Made by a program: the position numbers and the translations under genes
Notes under the pieces: generated by a model
Told to the model about the DNA's origin: nothing
The model's input: the letters and a program-made list of their open reading frames with translations, nothing else
Databases searched by the model: none
Shown: piece by piece, positions 37,450 through 48,005 of the stretch
Numbering within the stretch: the first letter of the stretch is position 1
Layout of the letters: each line of letters starts with the position of its first letter
Origin: a virus
Lineage: Duplodnaviria > Caudoviricetes
DNA length: 64,000 bases
Reading direction: 5' to 3' (one strand)
Virus record (IMG/VR): IMGVR_UViG_642973577_000001
Location: 32,001-96,000 of that record

Positions 37450-38898
37450 GTGGCAATCGACTTCACGCGGTACCAGCCGCCCGGTGTGTACACCGAGGCG
37501 GTCGGCGGACCGCAGCTTGCTGTCCGATCGTCGGTCCCGACCGCCGTTGCTCTCTTCGGCCAGTCGATCGGGTACAAGACCTACCGCGAGTCGGTCAAGA
37601 TCAACCCGGACACCGACGAGGACACCCCAGCACTGAACCGCACCCTGGCGCAGAAGGGCATCAAGCCCGCCTCGGTGCGCGTCATCGACCCGAACTCGGG
37701 TCAGCTCTACGTGCTCGGCACCGACTACGTGATCACCCGCGTGTCGGTCGGCGACGACTCCGAGGTCGAGAGCCGGGACGACCTGTACACGATCCAGCGC
37801 GTCATCGACGGCGGTCACATCGACCCAGGCGAGACGGTCCAGCTGAGCTACCAGTACACCGACCCGGACTACTTCGAGGTCTACGCCCTCTACGACTACG
37901 ACGACGTGCGCGACTTCTACGGCGAGCCGTTCGACAGCGCGGGCAACATCCAGTCGGAGCTGACGCTCGCGGCCAAGTTCGCGTTCATCAACGGCGCGAG
38001 CACGGTCCTGACCTGCGCGGTTGACCCGGAGGACCCGGACACCGTGACCATGGCCGACTACGCCGACGCGCTGAACAAGTTCCGCGACGAGGAGCAGATC
38101 GCCATCATCGTCCCGGCCACGGGCGCGACCGCGATCCAGGCCCTGGTGCAGCAGCACGTCCAGGCCCAGTCGAACAACAAGTACGAGCGGCGCGCCATCG
38201 TTGGCATGGACGGTTCCGTTACACCGGTCCTGTCGAGCCAGCGCATCGCCAACGCGCAGGCGATCTTCGACCAGCGCGTGGCCCTGGTGTCGCCGTCGAG
38301 CTTCCAGTACTACGCCCCGGAGCTGAACCAGCCCGTGGTGCTCGGTGGCCAGTACATGGCTGCCGCGCTCGCCGGTCTGTCGAGCAGCATGAACGCCGCC
38401 CAGCCGCTCACCCGCAAGGTGGTGCGTGGATTCATTGGCCCAGCCGAGAACCAGCGCGAGGGCGAGAAGAACTTGGAGTCGAGCAACGGTCTGATGGTGG
38501 TCGAGAAGACTCGCCGCCAGCAGGTGCAGGTGCGTCACGGCGTGACCACCAACCCGACCGACCTGCTCACCCGAGAGTGGTCGATCATCGGCCAGCAGGA
38601 CGTCATGGTCTACCGCATCCGGGACTACCTGGACGCCGACGGCCTGATCGGTCAGCCGATCTACGACTCCACCCTGATCCAGGTCAAGGCAAGTGCCGAG
38701 GCCGCACTGCAGTCGCTGCTGCGTGACGAGATCATCCGCAACTACCAGGCGCTCAAGGTCCGCCAGATCGCGACCCTGCCTGACGTTCTGGAGATCCGAT
38801 ACGAGTGGCTGCCTGCCTACCCGCTGAACTACATCGTCGTCCGCTACTCGGTGGCCGTCCTCTCAGGCGACATCACCGTGACCGATACGGCGATCTAG
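37450..38898 (+). CDS. Tail sheath protein
   Basis: YQPPGVYTE N-terminus, AAALAGL..PLTRK, VRHGVTT, PAYPLNYI. Confidence 0.92.
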   Translation: MAIDFTRYQPPGVYTEAVGGPQLAVRSSVPTAVALFGQSIGYKTYRESVKINPDTDEDTPALNRTLAQKGIKPASVRVIDPNSGQLYVLGTDYVITRVSVGDDSEVESRDDLYTIQRVIDGGHIDPGETVQLSYQYTDPDYFEVYALYDYDDVRDFYGEPFDSAGNIQSELTLAAKFAFINGASTVLTCAVDPEDPDTVTMADYADALNKFRDEEQIAIIVPATGATAIQALVQQHVQAQSNNKYERRAIVGMDGSVTPVLSSQRIANAQAIFDQRVALVSPSSFQYYAPELNQPVVLGGQYMAAALAGLSSSMNAAQPLTRKVVRGFIGPAENQREGEKNLESSNGLMVVEKTRRQQVQVRHGVTTNPTDLLTREWSIIGQQDVMVYRIRDYLDADGLIGQPIYDSTLIQVKASAEAALQSLLRDEIIRNYQALKVRQIATLPDVLEIRYEWLPAYPLNYIVVRYSVAVLSGDITVTDTAI

Positions 38899-38925
38899 TC
38901 CCAGATCAGACATAAGGAGTGAAGG

Positions 38926-39396
38926 ATGGCAGAGCCGAACGTCCGCCTTGGCGGTTCCGGTCTCACCACGATGACCTTCCGAGGCACGCGACTGGCCTAC
39001 CTGCAGACCCTGCAGGACACCCCGCCTCAGCCGGTGGCCGGTGCCCAGGTGGTCCAGCCGATCGACGCGGAGACACCGCTGGAGATCGTCACCGCCCTCG
39101 CCGTCGGCGCTGGCAGCCTCCGGCTGACTTTCTACGAGCTGTGGAACGAGCCGGTGTGGTCTCGCTTGCCTGGTTTGGAAGGTACCAACAACCTGCTGGA
39201 GGTCCTCAAGCGACAGGTCCAGATGGGCGAGGTCACCTGCCGCAAGCTCATCAAGTCGCCGTCGGGCATCACCCGCGCTCGGGTGTACCACGGCTGCGTC
39301 ATCACCGACATCGACGAGGGTGAGCAGATCAACATCGGCACCATGACGTTGCCGAAGACGATCACCATGCAGTACGTCCGCACCACCACCGTCTAA
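38926..39396 (+). CDS. Tail tube protein
   Basis: 156 aa after the sheath; VYHGCVIT motif. Confidence 0.85.
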   Translation: MAEPNVRLGGSGLTTMTFRGTRLAYLQTLQDTPPQPVAGAQVVQPIDAETPLEIVTALAVGAGSLRLTFYELWNEPVWSRLPGLEGTNNLLEVLKRQVQMGEVTCRKLIKSPSGITRARVYHGCVITDIDEGEQINIGTMTLPKTITMQYVRTTTV

Positions 39397-39404
39397 GGAG
39401 CGCC

Positions 39405-39605
39405 GTGAAGGAGTTTGCTCGCAGCTGGCCCATCATCGGCATCTCGCTGGTGATGTGGTTGGCCGTGGTCATTCTGCGGACCCCCGCGCTTGGCATCGAC
39501 GCGCCCCGCGTCGTCAGCATCCTGGTCAGCTCCACGGCCATGCTGACCCTGGGTGTGTACGTCGAGCGCATCCGGCGCGCACGAGACGAGGAGAAGAAGC
39601 AGTGA
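39405..39605 (+). CDS. Small 2-TM membrane protein
   Basis: Two hydrophobic helices, basic C-terminus, AAGGAG RBS. Confidence 0.7.
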   Translation: MKEFARSWPIIGISLVMWLAVVILRTPALGIDAPRVVSILVSSTAMLTLGVYVERIRRARDEEKKQ

Positions 39606-40330
39606 GCATGCCCATCCAGCGGCACTCGGACAGCTACGCGCCGTTCATGAAGGACGCCGCCGCCTACAACGCCCGCGACCGCCACGCGGCCATCGACGAC
39701 ACCGAGGTGGCCGACCTGCTGCGCGGGCCGTCCATCATGGCCGGTCTGATGCAGCGCCAGGCCGTCGACACGCGGGGCATGGACCCCGACAGCCACGCCT
39801 ACCACGAGCACCCGGCGGGCGGCTACCGGATGGACTACTACCGCGACTCTCCGCCGGAGCTGGCGGAGGGCGAGGAGGCCCGGTACGAGCACAACGCTCA
39901 GGGCATCGAGGACGATGACGCATCCGGTTACAACTGGGGTCCAGAGCCGTCGATCGACGACAGCGGAGTGAGCGATCATCCGGCGCTCCAGCCCCTGGAC
40001 CAGATGCTCAATCAGCACGAGAGCGAGCGGTACCTACACCCGAGGGAAGAGCCTCCGGCGCATTTTAGCCAGGCCCGTCACGGCGCAGTTGCCGCTGACG
40101 GGCTTGCCGCGAAGCTCGCCTTCCCAGTGCAGCCCGCACAACCCCAGCAGCCCGCAGCGCCGGTCTGGTTGGGGCACACGTTCGCGCCAAGCCATCGGGT
40201 GGCACTCCCATGGCGCGATCAGATCATCCAGGGCACAGTGACGCACCTGGACGGTACAAACGTCGGCGTTCGTTGGGACGACGGCCAGCACTCAGTGGAG
40301 GAGCCTTCGGCTATCCGTCCGCTGTACTAG
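39602..40330 (+). CDS. Hypothetical protein with a C-terminal SH3-like domain
   Basis: GTGA coupling; GTVTHLDGTNVGVRWDDG. Confidence 0.68.
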   Translation: MSMPIQRHSDSYAPFMKDAAAYNARDRHAAIDDTEVADLLRGPSIMAGLMQRQAVDTRGMDPDSHAYHEHPAGGYRMDYYRDSPPELAEGEEARYEHNAQGIEDDDASGYNWGPEPSIDDSGVSDHPALQPLDQMLNQHESERYLHPREEPPAHFSQARHGAVAADGLAAKLAFPVQPAQPQQPAAPVWLGHTFAPSHRVALPWRDQIIQGTVTHLDGTNVGVRWDDGQHSVEEPSAIRPLY

Positions 40331-40342
40331 TAGAGGACAGAA

Positions 40343-40924
40343 GTGACACAACCCAGTGAAGATCGTCCAGTAGACACCAGCATCGACCCCGACATCAGGC
40401 CACCGGACCGAGAGGCCCTGGCAGCTCTGGAGGAGTCGGGCGAGACCGAGAACCGCCGCATCGTCGGCGAGCTGATCGAGGTGGCAGAAGAGGCTCCGGC
40501 GGAGCCGGAGATCACCCTCACCCACGAGGAGCGCCAGGACTTCGAGCGGCTTCTGACCGTCGGACGTCGGTACAAGACCATCAACGTCGCCGACCACGAC
40601 ATCCGTATTCGGACGCTCAAGACGGCTGACGAGATGCGCATCGGTCTCTACACCAAGCCCTACCTGGAGAGCCACGCCTTCGCACGCGCTCACCAGGTTG
40701 CTGTCATCGCATCCGGCCTGGTCGAGATCCGCAAGAACGGCGTCGAGCAGGAGCTGTGGACCAGCCTCAAGGAGGTGACCGACCCCGACGAGATCTTTGC
40801 CAAGAACGTGGATGCGCTCAAGGAGTTCCATCCGCCGGTCATCGCGAAGATCTACGAAGAGATCATGAATCTGGAGCGTGAGTTCGCGCAACTGGCCGTC
40901 AAGCTGGGAAAATTGCTCGGCTAG
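40343..40924 (+). CDS. Tail assembly chaperone (G)
   Basis: Lies before the tape measure gene; ends at slippery G-GGA-AAA. Confidence 0.85.
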   Translation: MTQPSEDRPVDTSIDPDIRPPDREALAALEESGETENRRIVGELIEVAEEAPAEPEITLTHEERQDFERLLTVGRRYKTINVADHDIRIRTLKTADEMRIGLYTKPYLESHAFARAHQVAVIASGLVEIRKNGVEQELWTSLKEVTDPDEIFAKNVDALKEFHPPVIAKIYEEIMNLEREFAQLAVKLGKLLG

Positions 40925-41298
40925 ACGAGGAGACTGAGGGTCTCATCGCTCTAGCCTGGCATCAGGGACTCCTCCGGGAGAAGTCGCTCAACCCGTTCCA
41001 ACGGTTTGCTGCGATCTACGAGATGCACAAGCGCCGTCGCCAGTTCGTCACCGACATCAACGACACCCTCCAGAAGCAGACCTGGTACCAGCACCCCGAT
41101 CGGTACGTCGACCTGTTTGCCGAGGACGAAGCTGCCAAGGCCCAGGCCTTGAGTATGGGCGGCATCGACCCAGAAGAGGTAGAGGTGGACGACATCGACG
41201 AGCTGGACGCCTACTTCGCGAACCTGGAGAACCAGCGGGAGATGACCGGCGCTGAGCTGTTCGGCAGCGAGGTCCACAACAACGGCGAGTGGATGTAA
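40906..41298 (+). CDS. Tail assembly chaperone GT extension reached by -1 frameshift
   Basis: GGGAAAA at 40906-40912; the -1 frame (KIARLDEETEGLIALAW...) is open to TAA 41298. Confidence 0.85.
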   Translation, partial: GKIARLDEETEGLIALAWHQGLLREKSLNPFQRFAAIYEMHKRRRQFVTDINDTLQKQTWYQHPDRYVDLFAEDEAAKAQALSMGGIDPEEVEVDDIDELDAYFANLENQREMTGAELFGSEVHNNGEWM

Positions 41299-43631
41299 TG
41301 ACGAACCCGGAGAACTTCGACTACCGCGACGATTCGGTCGTCGCCAAGCTGTCGGTCGACATCCCGGCAGCCACGCTCACCGACCTTGACCAGGTACGGG
41401 AACGGGTTGCTGCCATCCGCGTCGAGAACGAGGCAGCCGCTCGGGCGACCGGTGACTGGGCGGGCTACCTGCAGTCGTTCCCGCAGATCATCGAGCAGGC
41501 GAACCAGGCCTACCGCAACATGATCACCCAGATGGAGCGGATGAGCTACATCCAGCAGGAGCTGGGTGGCAGCCAGCCCAACGTCGGTGTGCAGGGCGCA
41601 CCGATGGGTGGCCAGCCTGGCGGTGCTTATTCGACCGCCGCCCCGGCGGGCTACGTCGACCCGTTCATGGGGCTGCCTGGCCAGGGCGCGGGCATGAACA
41701 CCATGGGCGGCATGACCGGCTTCATGCAGTCGATGATGATGAACGACCCGCGCACCTTCGCCAACATGGCGGCGCAGCGTGGCGGCTACGTCAACCCGGC
41801 GCAGCTGGGCCTGATCGGTGGCCAGCTGGCCTCCCAGCGTGGCGTCACGGGCGGCACGGGTGGCGGCATGGGCCAGGGAGCGCCGACCCCCGGCGGCATG
41901 ACCAGCCAGCCGACGTCGACCCATCGCGACTCGAACGCTCCGGGCGACCAGCACCAGAGCGGCCAGCCAACGACCTCGGAGCCGCAGCGCGAACCGACCA
42001 CCCCGCACCCTGACTCTCCGGCCTGGCAGCAGCAGCTGGGCACGGCGGGCGCTACGGCCCTCTCGGTGCTCGCTGAGACCCGTGCGGCCACCGGACGTGG
42101 CGGTAACGCTGGCGGCATCATGGCGGGCGCTGGAGCCATGCTGGGAGCCATCGGACGCATCGGTGGCCACGGTGGTGGCGGCGGAGGCGGTACCGGTGGC
42201 CCTCCGGGCGCTGGAGGCGGCGAGGGAGACGGCGGAAGCGGTGGCGGCTGGGGCAGCATCGCCAAGGGCGCGGGCCTGGCCGGTATGGCGATCGGCGGTG
42301 GCGTCATGGCCAACCGCTTCATCCAGAACGCGGGCGAGCAGATCCAGGCCTACCGCAACCTCGGCGCGCAGACCGGCGGCGGAGCTGTCGAGGGTGCCGG
42401 GTACGAGATCCAGGCCCGGATGATGGCCATGAACCCGTTCATCACCCTGGAGCAGTCGCGCTCGATCATGCAGTCGGCGCTGCGCAACGGCTACACCGGC
42501 CAGGAGTTCGACACGGTGACCGAGATGATGGCCACCAACCTCAAGGACATGAACATGTCCGCTCAGCAGTCGATGGAGATCTTCCGCACGACCGTCGAGA
42601 AGGGCGGCGTCAGCGTCCAGGACTTCTCCAAGGAGATGGAGCACCTCAAGGACCTGACCCGTGTCGACGGCAACGCGATGAGCCAGGACGAGCGCAACGC
42701 GGCCTACGAGGGTACGGCGGGCACGCTGCAGGGGATGGGTCTGCAGGGCCAGTCGCTGACCCAGGCCGTCGAGGGCATCAACGAGGCGTTCAGCGACAAC
42801 CAGCAGCTCAAGAACATCGTGCCCCAGTCGGCCCAGAGCGCGCTGCAGAACCCGGCCTTCCTGTCGACCATGGCCCAGACCAACGGCGTGCGTGGCGTCA
42901 CCAGCCCGACCATGGCCCTGCGCCGCATGCAGGAGCAGGGCATCAGCGTCGACCAGGCCTACTGGAAGACCCTGCAGCGGTACGCCCAGATGGCCTACCA
43001 GGGCACCGGAGGCGACCTCACGCTGGGCGCTGACCGGTTCATGATGATCGTCCAGCCGCTCGGCGTTCAGCTGGGCAGCCCGGACGACTACTACGAGCTG
43101 TACAAGGAGCTGCTCGGCGGAGACGTCGCCACTCGCGGCCACCGTCGTGGCGCGGAGGCCGAGGCCGATCCGGGCACCGCAGGCGAGGTCATGAAGGCGG
43201 GCCTGGCACCGTTCGGCGCGATCGGCGACCTTGCCCAGGCCGGTACCGCCGTCCTGCAGGGCAATCTCGGCCAGGCTTGGAACCAGCTCAAGCAGGCCGG
43301 TAGCGGCATCGCCGCGCCGTTCAAGCAGACGGCCAGGGCGCTCACCAGCGAGGAGGAGATCGTCGCGGACACCCAGCGCCGGTCGGCGGCACCTCAGGCC
43401 ACCGGACCCGAGCGCGCCGAGAACCGCATCCGCACCGAGGGCAACGTCTCGGGCGAGGTGCGCATCACCGTCGACCAGCAGGGCCGCGTCACCGCTCCGC
43501 AGTCGATCCAGCTCACCGGACAGCAGAAGGGCGTCAACGCGGGCGTGGGCAGCCTGACGATGAACAACCCATCGCCGGGTGACCCGAGCTTCCGGCACGC
43601 CAACGGCCCGTTCGCGCAGGGACCTAGCTAA
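41298..43631 (+). CDS. Tape measure protein (short, ~777 aa)
   Basis: Follows the chaperone; Ala/Gly/Gln-rich, helical. Confidence 0.8.
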   Translation: MTNPENFDYRDDSVVAKLSVDIPAATLTDLDQVRERVAAIRVENEAAARATGDWAGYLQSFPQIIEQANQAYRNMITQMERMSYIQQELGGSQPNVGVQGAPMGGQPGGAYSTAAPAGYVDPFMGLPGQGAGMNTMGGMTGFMQSMMMNDPRTFANMAAQRGGYVNPAQLGLIGGQLASQRGVTGGTGGGMGQGAPTPGGMTSQPTSTHRDSNAPGDQHQSGQPTTSEPQREPTTPHPDSPAWQQQLGTAGATALSVLAETRAATGRGGNAGGIMAGAGAMLGAIGRIGGHGGGGGGGTGGPPGAGGGEGDGGSGGGWGSIAKGAGLAGMAIGGGVMANRFIQNAGEQIQAYRNLGAQTGGGAVEGAGYEIQARMMAMNPFITLEQSRSIMQSALRNGYTGQEFDTVTEMMATNLKDMNMSAQQSMEIFRTTVEKGGVSVQDFSKEMEHLKDLTRVDGNAMSQDERNAAYEGTAGTLQGMGLQGQSLTQAVEGINEAFSDNQQLKNIVPQSAQSALQNPAFLSTMAQTNGVRGVTSPTMALRRMQEQGISVDQAYWKTLQRYAQMAYQGTGGDLTLGADRFMMIVQPLGVQLGSPDDYYELYKELLGGDVATRGHRRGAEAEADPGTAGEVMKAGLAPFGAIGDLAQAGTAVLQGNLGQAWNQLKQAGSGIAAPFKQTARALTSEEEIVADTQRRSAAPQATGPERAENRIRTEGNVSGEVRITVDQQGRVTAPQSIQLTGQQKGVNAGVGSLTMNNPSPGDPSFRHANGPFAQGPS

Positions 43632-44353
43632 TGGCAGGCAGGTACAACTTCCCCCAGCAGTCGGCTCCCATGCGGGCCGACGAGCGAGGTATTGCCAGCC
43701 TGACCCACATGGGCCGCACGTTCCGGTTCCGCACCAACCCGAACGAGTTCCGCTGGACCTACACGCTGAACAAGCGCATCGACGCCACCTACGGCGGGCG
43801 GGTCATCCAGCTGCTCGGCACCAAGATCGACGACTTCGCGCTCAAGGCCGACGCGGGCGGCGGTCGCTGGGAGTACGCCAACCGGGCCGCGAAGTTCATG
43901 CGCGACGTCATGGTGGCTCAGCGCAACGGCATCCCGGCCACGTTCGAGTACACCAAGCGCGGCTGGAAGCTCAACTGCTACGTCGTCAGCGTCCCCTTCC
44001 AGGACAGCGTGCAGGAGGTCCTGCGCGAGTTCGAGATCCAGTTCAAGGTCCAGGAGGACATCTCCGGCCTGCTGAGCAAGAACAGCCTGGACCGCGAGCT
44101 GCGTCGGCTGGCCGACGGTGTGGGCTTCCAGCGGTCCAAGTACAACGACCCGCTCAAGGGCGGTCAGCAGATGGGCGACGTCCTCGGCGACCTGCAGGGC
44201 GCGATCCCGCTGGAGCAGCTCCAGAGCGGCATCGTCGGCCTGGACAGTCTCGACGGGCGAGGCATCTATCTGCCGGAGGCCGACCGCCGTCCCGGCGGCA
44301 ACATCATCAATCTCCCCGGCGTCACCAACGCGCCGCCGACCCCAGGAAGGTGA
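43631..44353 (+). CDS. Probable tube-initiator/baseplate protein
   Basis: FRFRTNPNE..TYGGRVIQ pattern; position after the TMP. Confidence 0.65.
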   Translation: MAGRYNFPQQSAPMRADERGIASLTHMGRTFRFRTNPNEFRWTYTLNKRIDATYGGRVIQLLGTKIDDFALKADAGGGRWEYANRAAKFMRDVMVAQRNGIPATFEYTKRGWKLNCYVVSVPFQDSVQEVLREFEIQFKVQEDISGLLSKNSLDRELRRLADGVGFQRSKYNDPLKGGQQMGDVLGDLQGAIPLEQLQSGIVGLDSLDGRGIYLPEADRRPGGNIINLPGVTNAPPTPGR

Positions 44354-44356
44354 CCC

Positions 44357-44524
44357 ATGGCCGATTACGTCAGCAACACCCCGATCAGCCGCCCGCGCCG
44401 CATGCCGTGGGAGGTGCACTGGGACTGCAACGGCATGGTCTGGAACAACGACTACGGATTCTTCTTCAACGCGGTTGACCAGATGGAGCCGCTGGAGCGT
44501 CCAGCAAAGATCCGGGGGCAGTAG
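44357..44524 (+). CDS. Small protein (55 aa), not in the ORF track
   Basis: MADYVSNTPISRPRRMPWEVHWDCNGMVW...; fills the gap; TAGTG coupling. Confidence 0.6.
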   Translation: MADYVSNTPISRPRRMPWEVHWDCNGMVWNNDYGFFFNAVDQMEPLERPAKIRGQ

Positions 44525-45117
44525 TGAGCCACCTGTACATCACCGACTACAAGAACCGCGAGTTCAAGATGAACGTCACGCAGTTCCGGTCGCCCATGCA
44601 GGCGCAGATCAACAGCGTCCAGACCCGCACGCTGCTCGCGCACTTCCCGATCCGTTCGGGACAGCCCGACATCAACTTCACGGTCCAGTACGCCTCACTC
44701 GACGACAAGCACGCCTTCGAGGGGTTCGTGCGCGAGCACCACATCAGCACCCGCGAGGACGACAACACCGAGGTCACCCTGTGGTGGCCCGAGCGCAACA
44801 TCCTCAACTGGACCGGGCACATCATGACCTACACCGTCACCGATAAGCGGTTCGAGATCGCGCCGTCGGCCACCTTCGGCGTGCAGCTGGTCAAGTCGCT
44901 GATGAGCGAGAAGACCACCCTGGCCAGCCGTGGTGCTGACTGGCGCAAGATCCTCGGCCCGCAGCTCAACCCGTATCGGGGCTACGACGACCTGCCGCTG
45001 ATTCTGCCGATCTTCGGCAACCAGCAGCAGCCGGTCAACCCCGAGGACACCACCCTTGAACCGCCTGGTCCACCGGCACCGCAGTCGCCGATCGCACCTC
45101 CGGCGGTGGGCCGATGA
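44524..45117 (+). CDS. Probable baseplate protein
   Basis: 197 aa in the baseplate operon. Confidence 0.65.
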   Translation: MSHLYITDYKNREFKMNVTQFRSPMQAQINSVQTRTLLAHFPIRSGQPDINFTVQYASLDDKHAFEGFVREHHISTREDDNTEVTLWWPERNILNWTGHIMTYTVTDKRFEIAPSATFGVQLVKSLMSEKTTLASRGADWRKILGPQLNPYRGYDDLPLILPIFGNQQQPVNPEDTTLEPPGPPAPQSPIAPPAVGR

Positions 45118-48005
45118 CCACACCGAACGTCCCCACCGGCAACGTCACCCCGCCCGGTCCGCAGCCTGGCACCGGCTACAGCCAGACCACGCCCGACCAG
45201 GAGCAGGGCGTCGACAACTACTACCTGACCGACGTCGGCGGCAAGGAGCCGCCACCAATGGAGACCCTGGTCTACACGCCACGGGTCCGCATCATCATCT
45301 CTCGCGACAACAAGCAGTACGACGTGAGCGAGGACGTCGTGGCGGTGTCGATCAACCGGGTGGAGAACTCGGTCAGCTCGGCGGCGTTCCGGCTGATCAA
45401 CAAGCCGGAGGACCAGTACGACGAGAACCACCGGCAGGGCCGCTACACTCCGCTGTTCGCGCCGATGGACCGCGTGGCCATCTTCATGAAGCGCACCGAG
45501 TGGGTGCAGGTGTTCTCCGGCTACCTGGACTCGGTGGCGCTGGCCCAGCTCTACCCCGGCACCGTTGACTTCAAGGCCAGCTGCACCCTCAAGCGGTTGC
45601 TGCACACCTGGTGGGACCCCGGCCTGCCCGACTCGGCCAAGCTGTTCGACCAGTTCGCCAACGACGTCAACGAGGCCGACGGCCAGGAGAGCCAGCTCGA
45701 CAAGGGCCTCGGCTCGACGCTGCGCCGGTTGCTGATCGAGGTCGGCAACATGGACAGCTCGCAGATCCACATCCAGCGGTTCCCGATGGGCTACCTCAAC
45801 TTCATGCGCCAGCAGCTGGAGAAGCTGCAGAGCAGCGAGAAGTCCTACATGGAGTTCCGGCGGATGCTGCTCGGCGACGACACCTCCGGCGGTGTCGGCG
45901 CGGCAGCCGGTCGCCAGCTCGGCGTCACCAAGGGCGCGTACAACGTCGACCAGGCTGGCCGCAAGCTGGAGGTCATCCGGGCGGTCGACGAGATGGGCAT
46001 GGGACCCGACCTGCGCAACATCGGCCTGGGCCAGGGCCTGGGTACGACCTCCGGCGCGGGCAAGGACCTGGAGGACCAGGAAGCCTGGAAGCTGCAGCAG
46101 GAACTCGGTCGCAACTACACCGAGGCCGCGCAGAAGAACGACGCCGCTGTGCACTGCTTCATGACGATCATGGCCGAGTCGAGCTGGATCATGTACGCCA
46201 ACACCGCCGTGCCCGAGTCGCTGAACTTCCCGCACGAGGCCGTCGGCCACGACCACGACTCGGTGGGCCTGTTCCAGCAGCGCCAGACCTGGGGCACCAT
46301 CGACCAGCGCATGAACCCCCGCGAGTCGGCGGGCATGTTCCTCAACGAGTTGAAGAAGCATGACTGGCGCAACATGCCTCGCCCTGCCGCCTGCCAGGCC
46401 GTGCAGCGGTCGGCGTTCTCCGACGGCAGCAACTACGCCGTGCACGAGGCCGTGGCCATGGAAGAGGTCCGGGCGCTGCGCACCTCCGGCGCGGCACCGT
46501 CGCCCGGTGGCCAGCAGTCCACCATCTCCCCGGTCGGCACCGCGCCGCCTCCGATCACCGCTGGCGTGCCTGGCTCCACCGGCATCCCCGGCATCCCGAC
46601 CGTCAACGGCCAGGCCTCCACGCAGGGAGCCAACCAGGCGCTGAACCGTCCGCAGTACGACCTCGCCGAGGCCGTGCAGTTCGGCATGATGCAGCAGGGC
46701 AAGCCCTACCAGTGGGGAGCCAAGGGACCCAACAGCTACGACTGCTCCGGCTTCACGCGGGCCTGCTACCGCTACATCGGCCTCAACATCGGCGACGACA
46801 CCTACAGCCAGGTCGCCAGCGGCACCAAGATCACCATGGCCCAGGCCAAGCCGGGAGACCTGCTCTTCCCCGCCGGTCACGGCCACGTCGTGATGTACCT
46901 CGGCGGCAACCAGATCCTGCACGCGCCGCAGACCGGCGACGTCGTGAAGGTGGCCAACCTGTACTTCACCCCGGCCACGGTGTGCACCTACCCGCCAGCG
47001 ACCTACTCCGGCCCGTCGCCGATCCCGTACGACCCCACACGGGCCGCGCAGGCGTCCAACGGCGGCTCCGACGGCGGCGTGGTACCTGGCACGGCGGCGC
47101 AGGGTACAAACGGTGGTACATACCAGACCGGCTCCAGCGAGCCGATCGCCCGCAACCTGTTCAGCTACATGTTCGAGCCAGGTCGCTTCCAGAGCGGCAT
47201 CTCGGCCCTGTTCGGCATGGACGAGGGCCAGACCGAGAAGGCATTCATCAACGACGAGCCGCTGATTCAGTCGGTCATGTCGATCGCCCGCGCTGGCCTG
47301 CGCAACGTCCAGTCGATGCCTGACGGCAGCTTCGCCGCCTACTACCCGGACTACTTCGGCCTGGACGGCAAAGACGCGATTCTCGACCTTGAAGACATCG
47401 AGATGAAGAACGTCAACATCAACTGGAACGACGACGCGCTGGCAACCCACGTCTACGTCGCCGGTACGGCCAACCCGACCGGCGGTTCGATGGGTCTGCC
47501 TGGCTGGCTGATGACCAAGGGTGTCGCGACCGTCGAGAACGAGTGGCTGTTCCGCCGGATGACCGCTGCCGCCCCGGCGGTCAAGGGCGCAGAGATGCGC
47601 AACGGCAAGGAGATCATGAAGCGGTTCGGCATGCGACCGCTGGTCCAGGACATGCCGAACCTGTTCAACGGCGAGATGGAGTTCCTGATGGCGCTCCAGA
47701 TCTTCATGACCAAGTGGGCTGAGCAGTACTCCACCCAGGTCGAGTTCACGTTCATGCCCGAGCTGTATCCGGGCATGCGCATCAACCTGGTGGGCCACAA
47801 CCTGCAGGTCTACGTCGCTGCGGTGACCCACTCGGGCGACTGGGAGAATGGGTTCACCACCAGCGCGACGATCATGGCACCGAGCAACCCGAACATCCAC
47901 CGCATCGCCCAGAAGATCGACAGCGACCTGCAGTTCGGTACCCACTGGGACCAGCGTGACATCGACGGCAAGCCAATGCCCAGCGACTACTCCTGGATGT
48001 ACTGA
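45114..48005 (+). CDS. Baseplate hub protein with lysozyme-like and NlpC/P60 domains
   Basis: AESS..DSVGLFQQR..WG..AVQRSAF; GKPYQWGAKGPNSYDCSG..GHV..H. Confidence 0.85.
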   Translation: MTTPNVPTGNVTPPGPQPGTGYSQTTPDQEQGVDNYYLTDVGGKEPPPMETLVYTPRVRIIISRDNKQYDVSEDVVAVSINRVENSVSSAAFRLINKPEDQYDENHRQGRYTPLFAPMDRVAIFMKRTEWVQVFSGYLDSVALAQLYPGTVDFKASCTLKRLLHTWWDPGLPDSAKLFDQFANDVNEADGQESQLDKGLGSTLRRLLIEVGNMDSSQIHIQRFPMGYLNFMRQQLEKLQSSEKSYMEFRRMLLGDDTSGGVGAAAGRQLGVTKGAYNVDQAGRKLEVIRAVDEMGMGPDLRNIGLGQGLGTTSGAGKDLEDQEAWKLQQELGRNYTEAAQKNDAAVHCFMTIMAESSWIMYANTAVPESLNFPHEAVGHDHDSVGLFQQRQTWGTIDQRMNPRESAGMFLNELKKHDWRNMPRPAACQAVQRSAFSDGSNYAVHEAVAMEEVRALRTSGAAPSPGGQQSTISPVGTAPPPITAGVPGSTGIPGIPTVNGQASTQGANQALNRPQYDLAEAVQFGMMQQGKPYQWGAKGPNSYDCSGFTRACYRYIGLNIGDDTYSQVASGTKITMAQAKPGDLLFPAGHGHVVMYLGGNQILHAPQTGDVVKVANLYFTPATVCTYPPATYSGPSPIPYDPTRAAQASNGGSDGGVVPGTAAQGTNGGTYQTGSSEPIARNLFSYMFEPGRFQSGISALFGMDEGQTEKAFINDEPLIQSVMSIARAGLRNVQSMPDGSFAAYYPDYFGLDGKDAILDLEDIEMKNVNINWNDDALATHVYVAGTANPTGGSMGLPGWLMTKGVATVENEWLFRRMTAAAPAVKGAEMRNGKEIMKRFGMRPLVQDMPNLFNGEMEFLMALQIFMTKWAEQYSTQVEFTFMPELYPGMRINLVGHNLQVYVAAVTHSGDWENGFTTSATIMAPSNPNIHRIAQKIDSDLQFGTHWDQRDIDGKPMPSDYSWMY

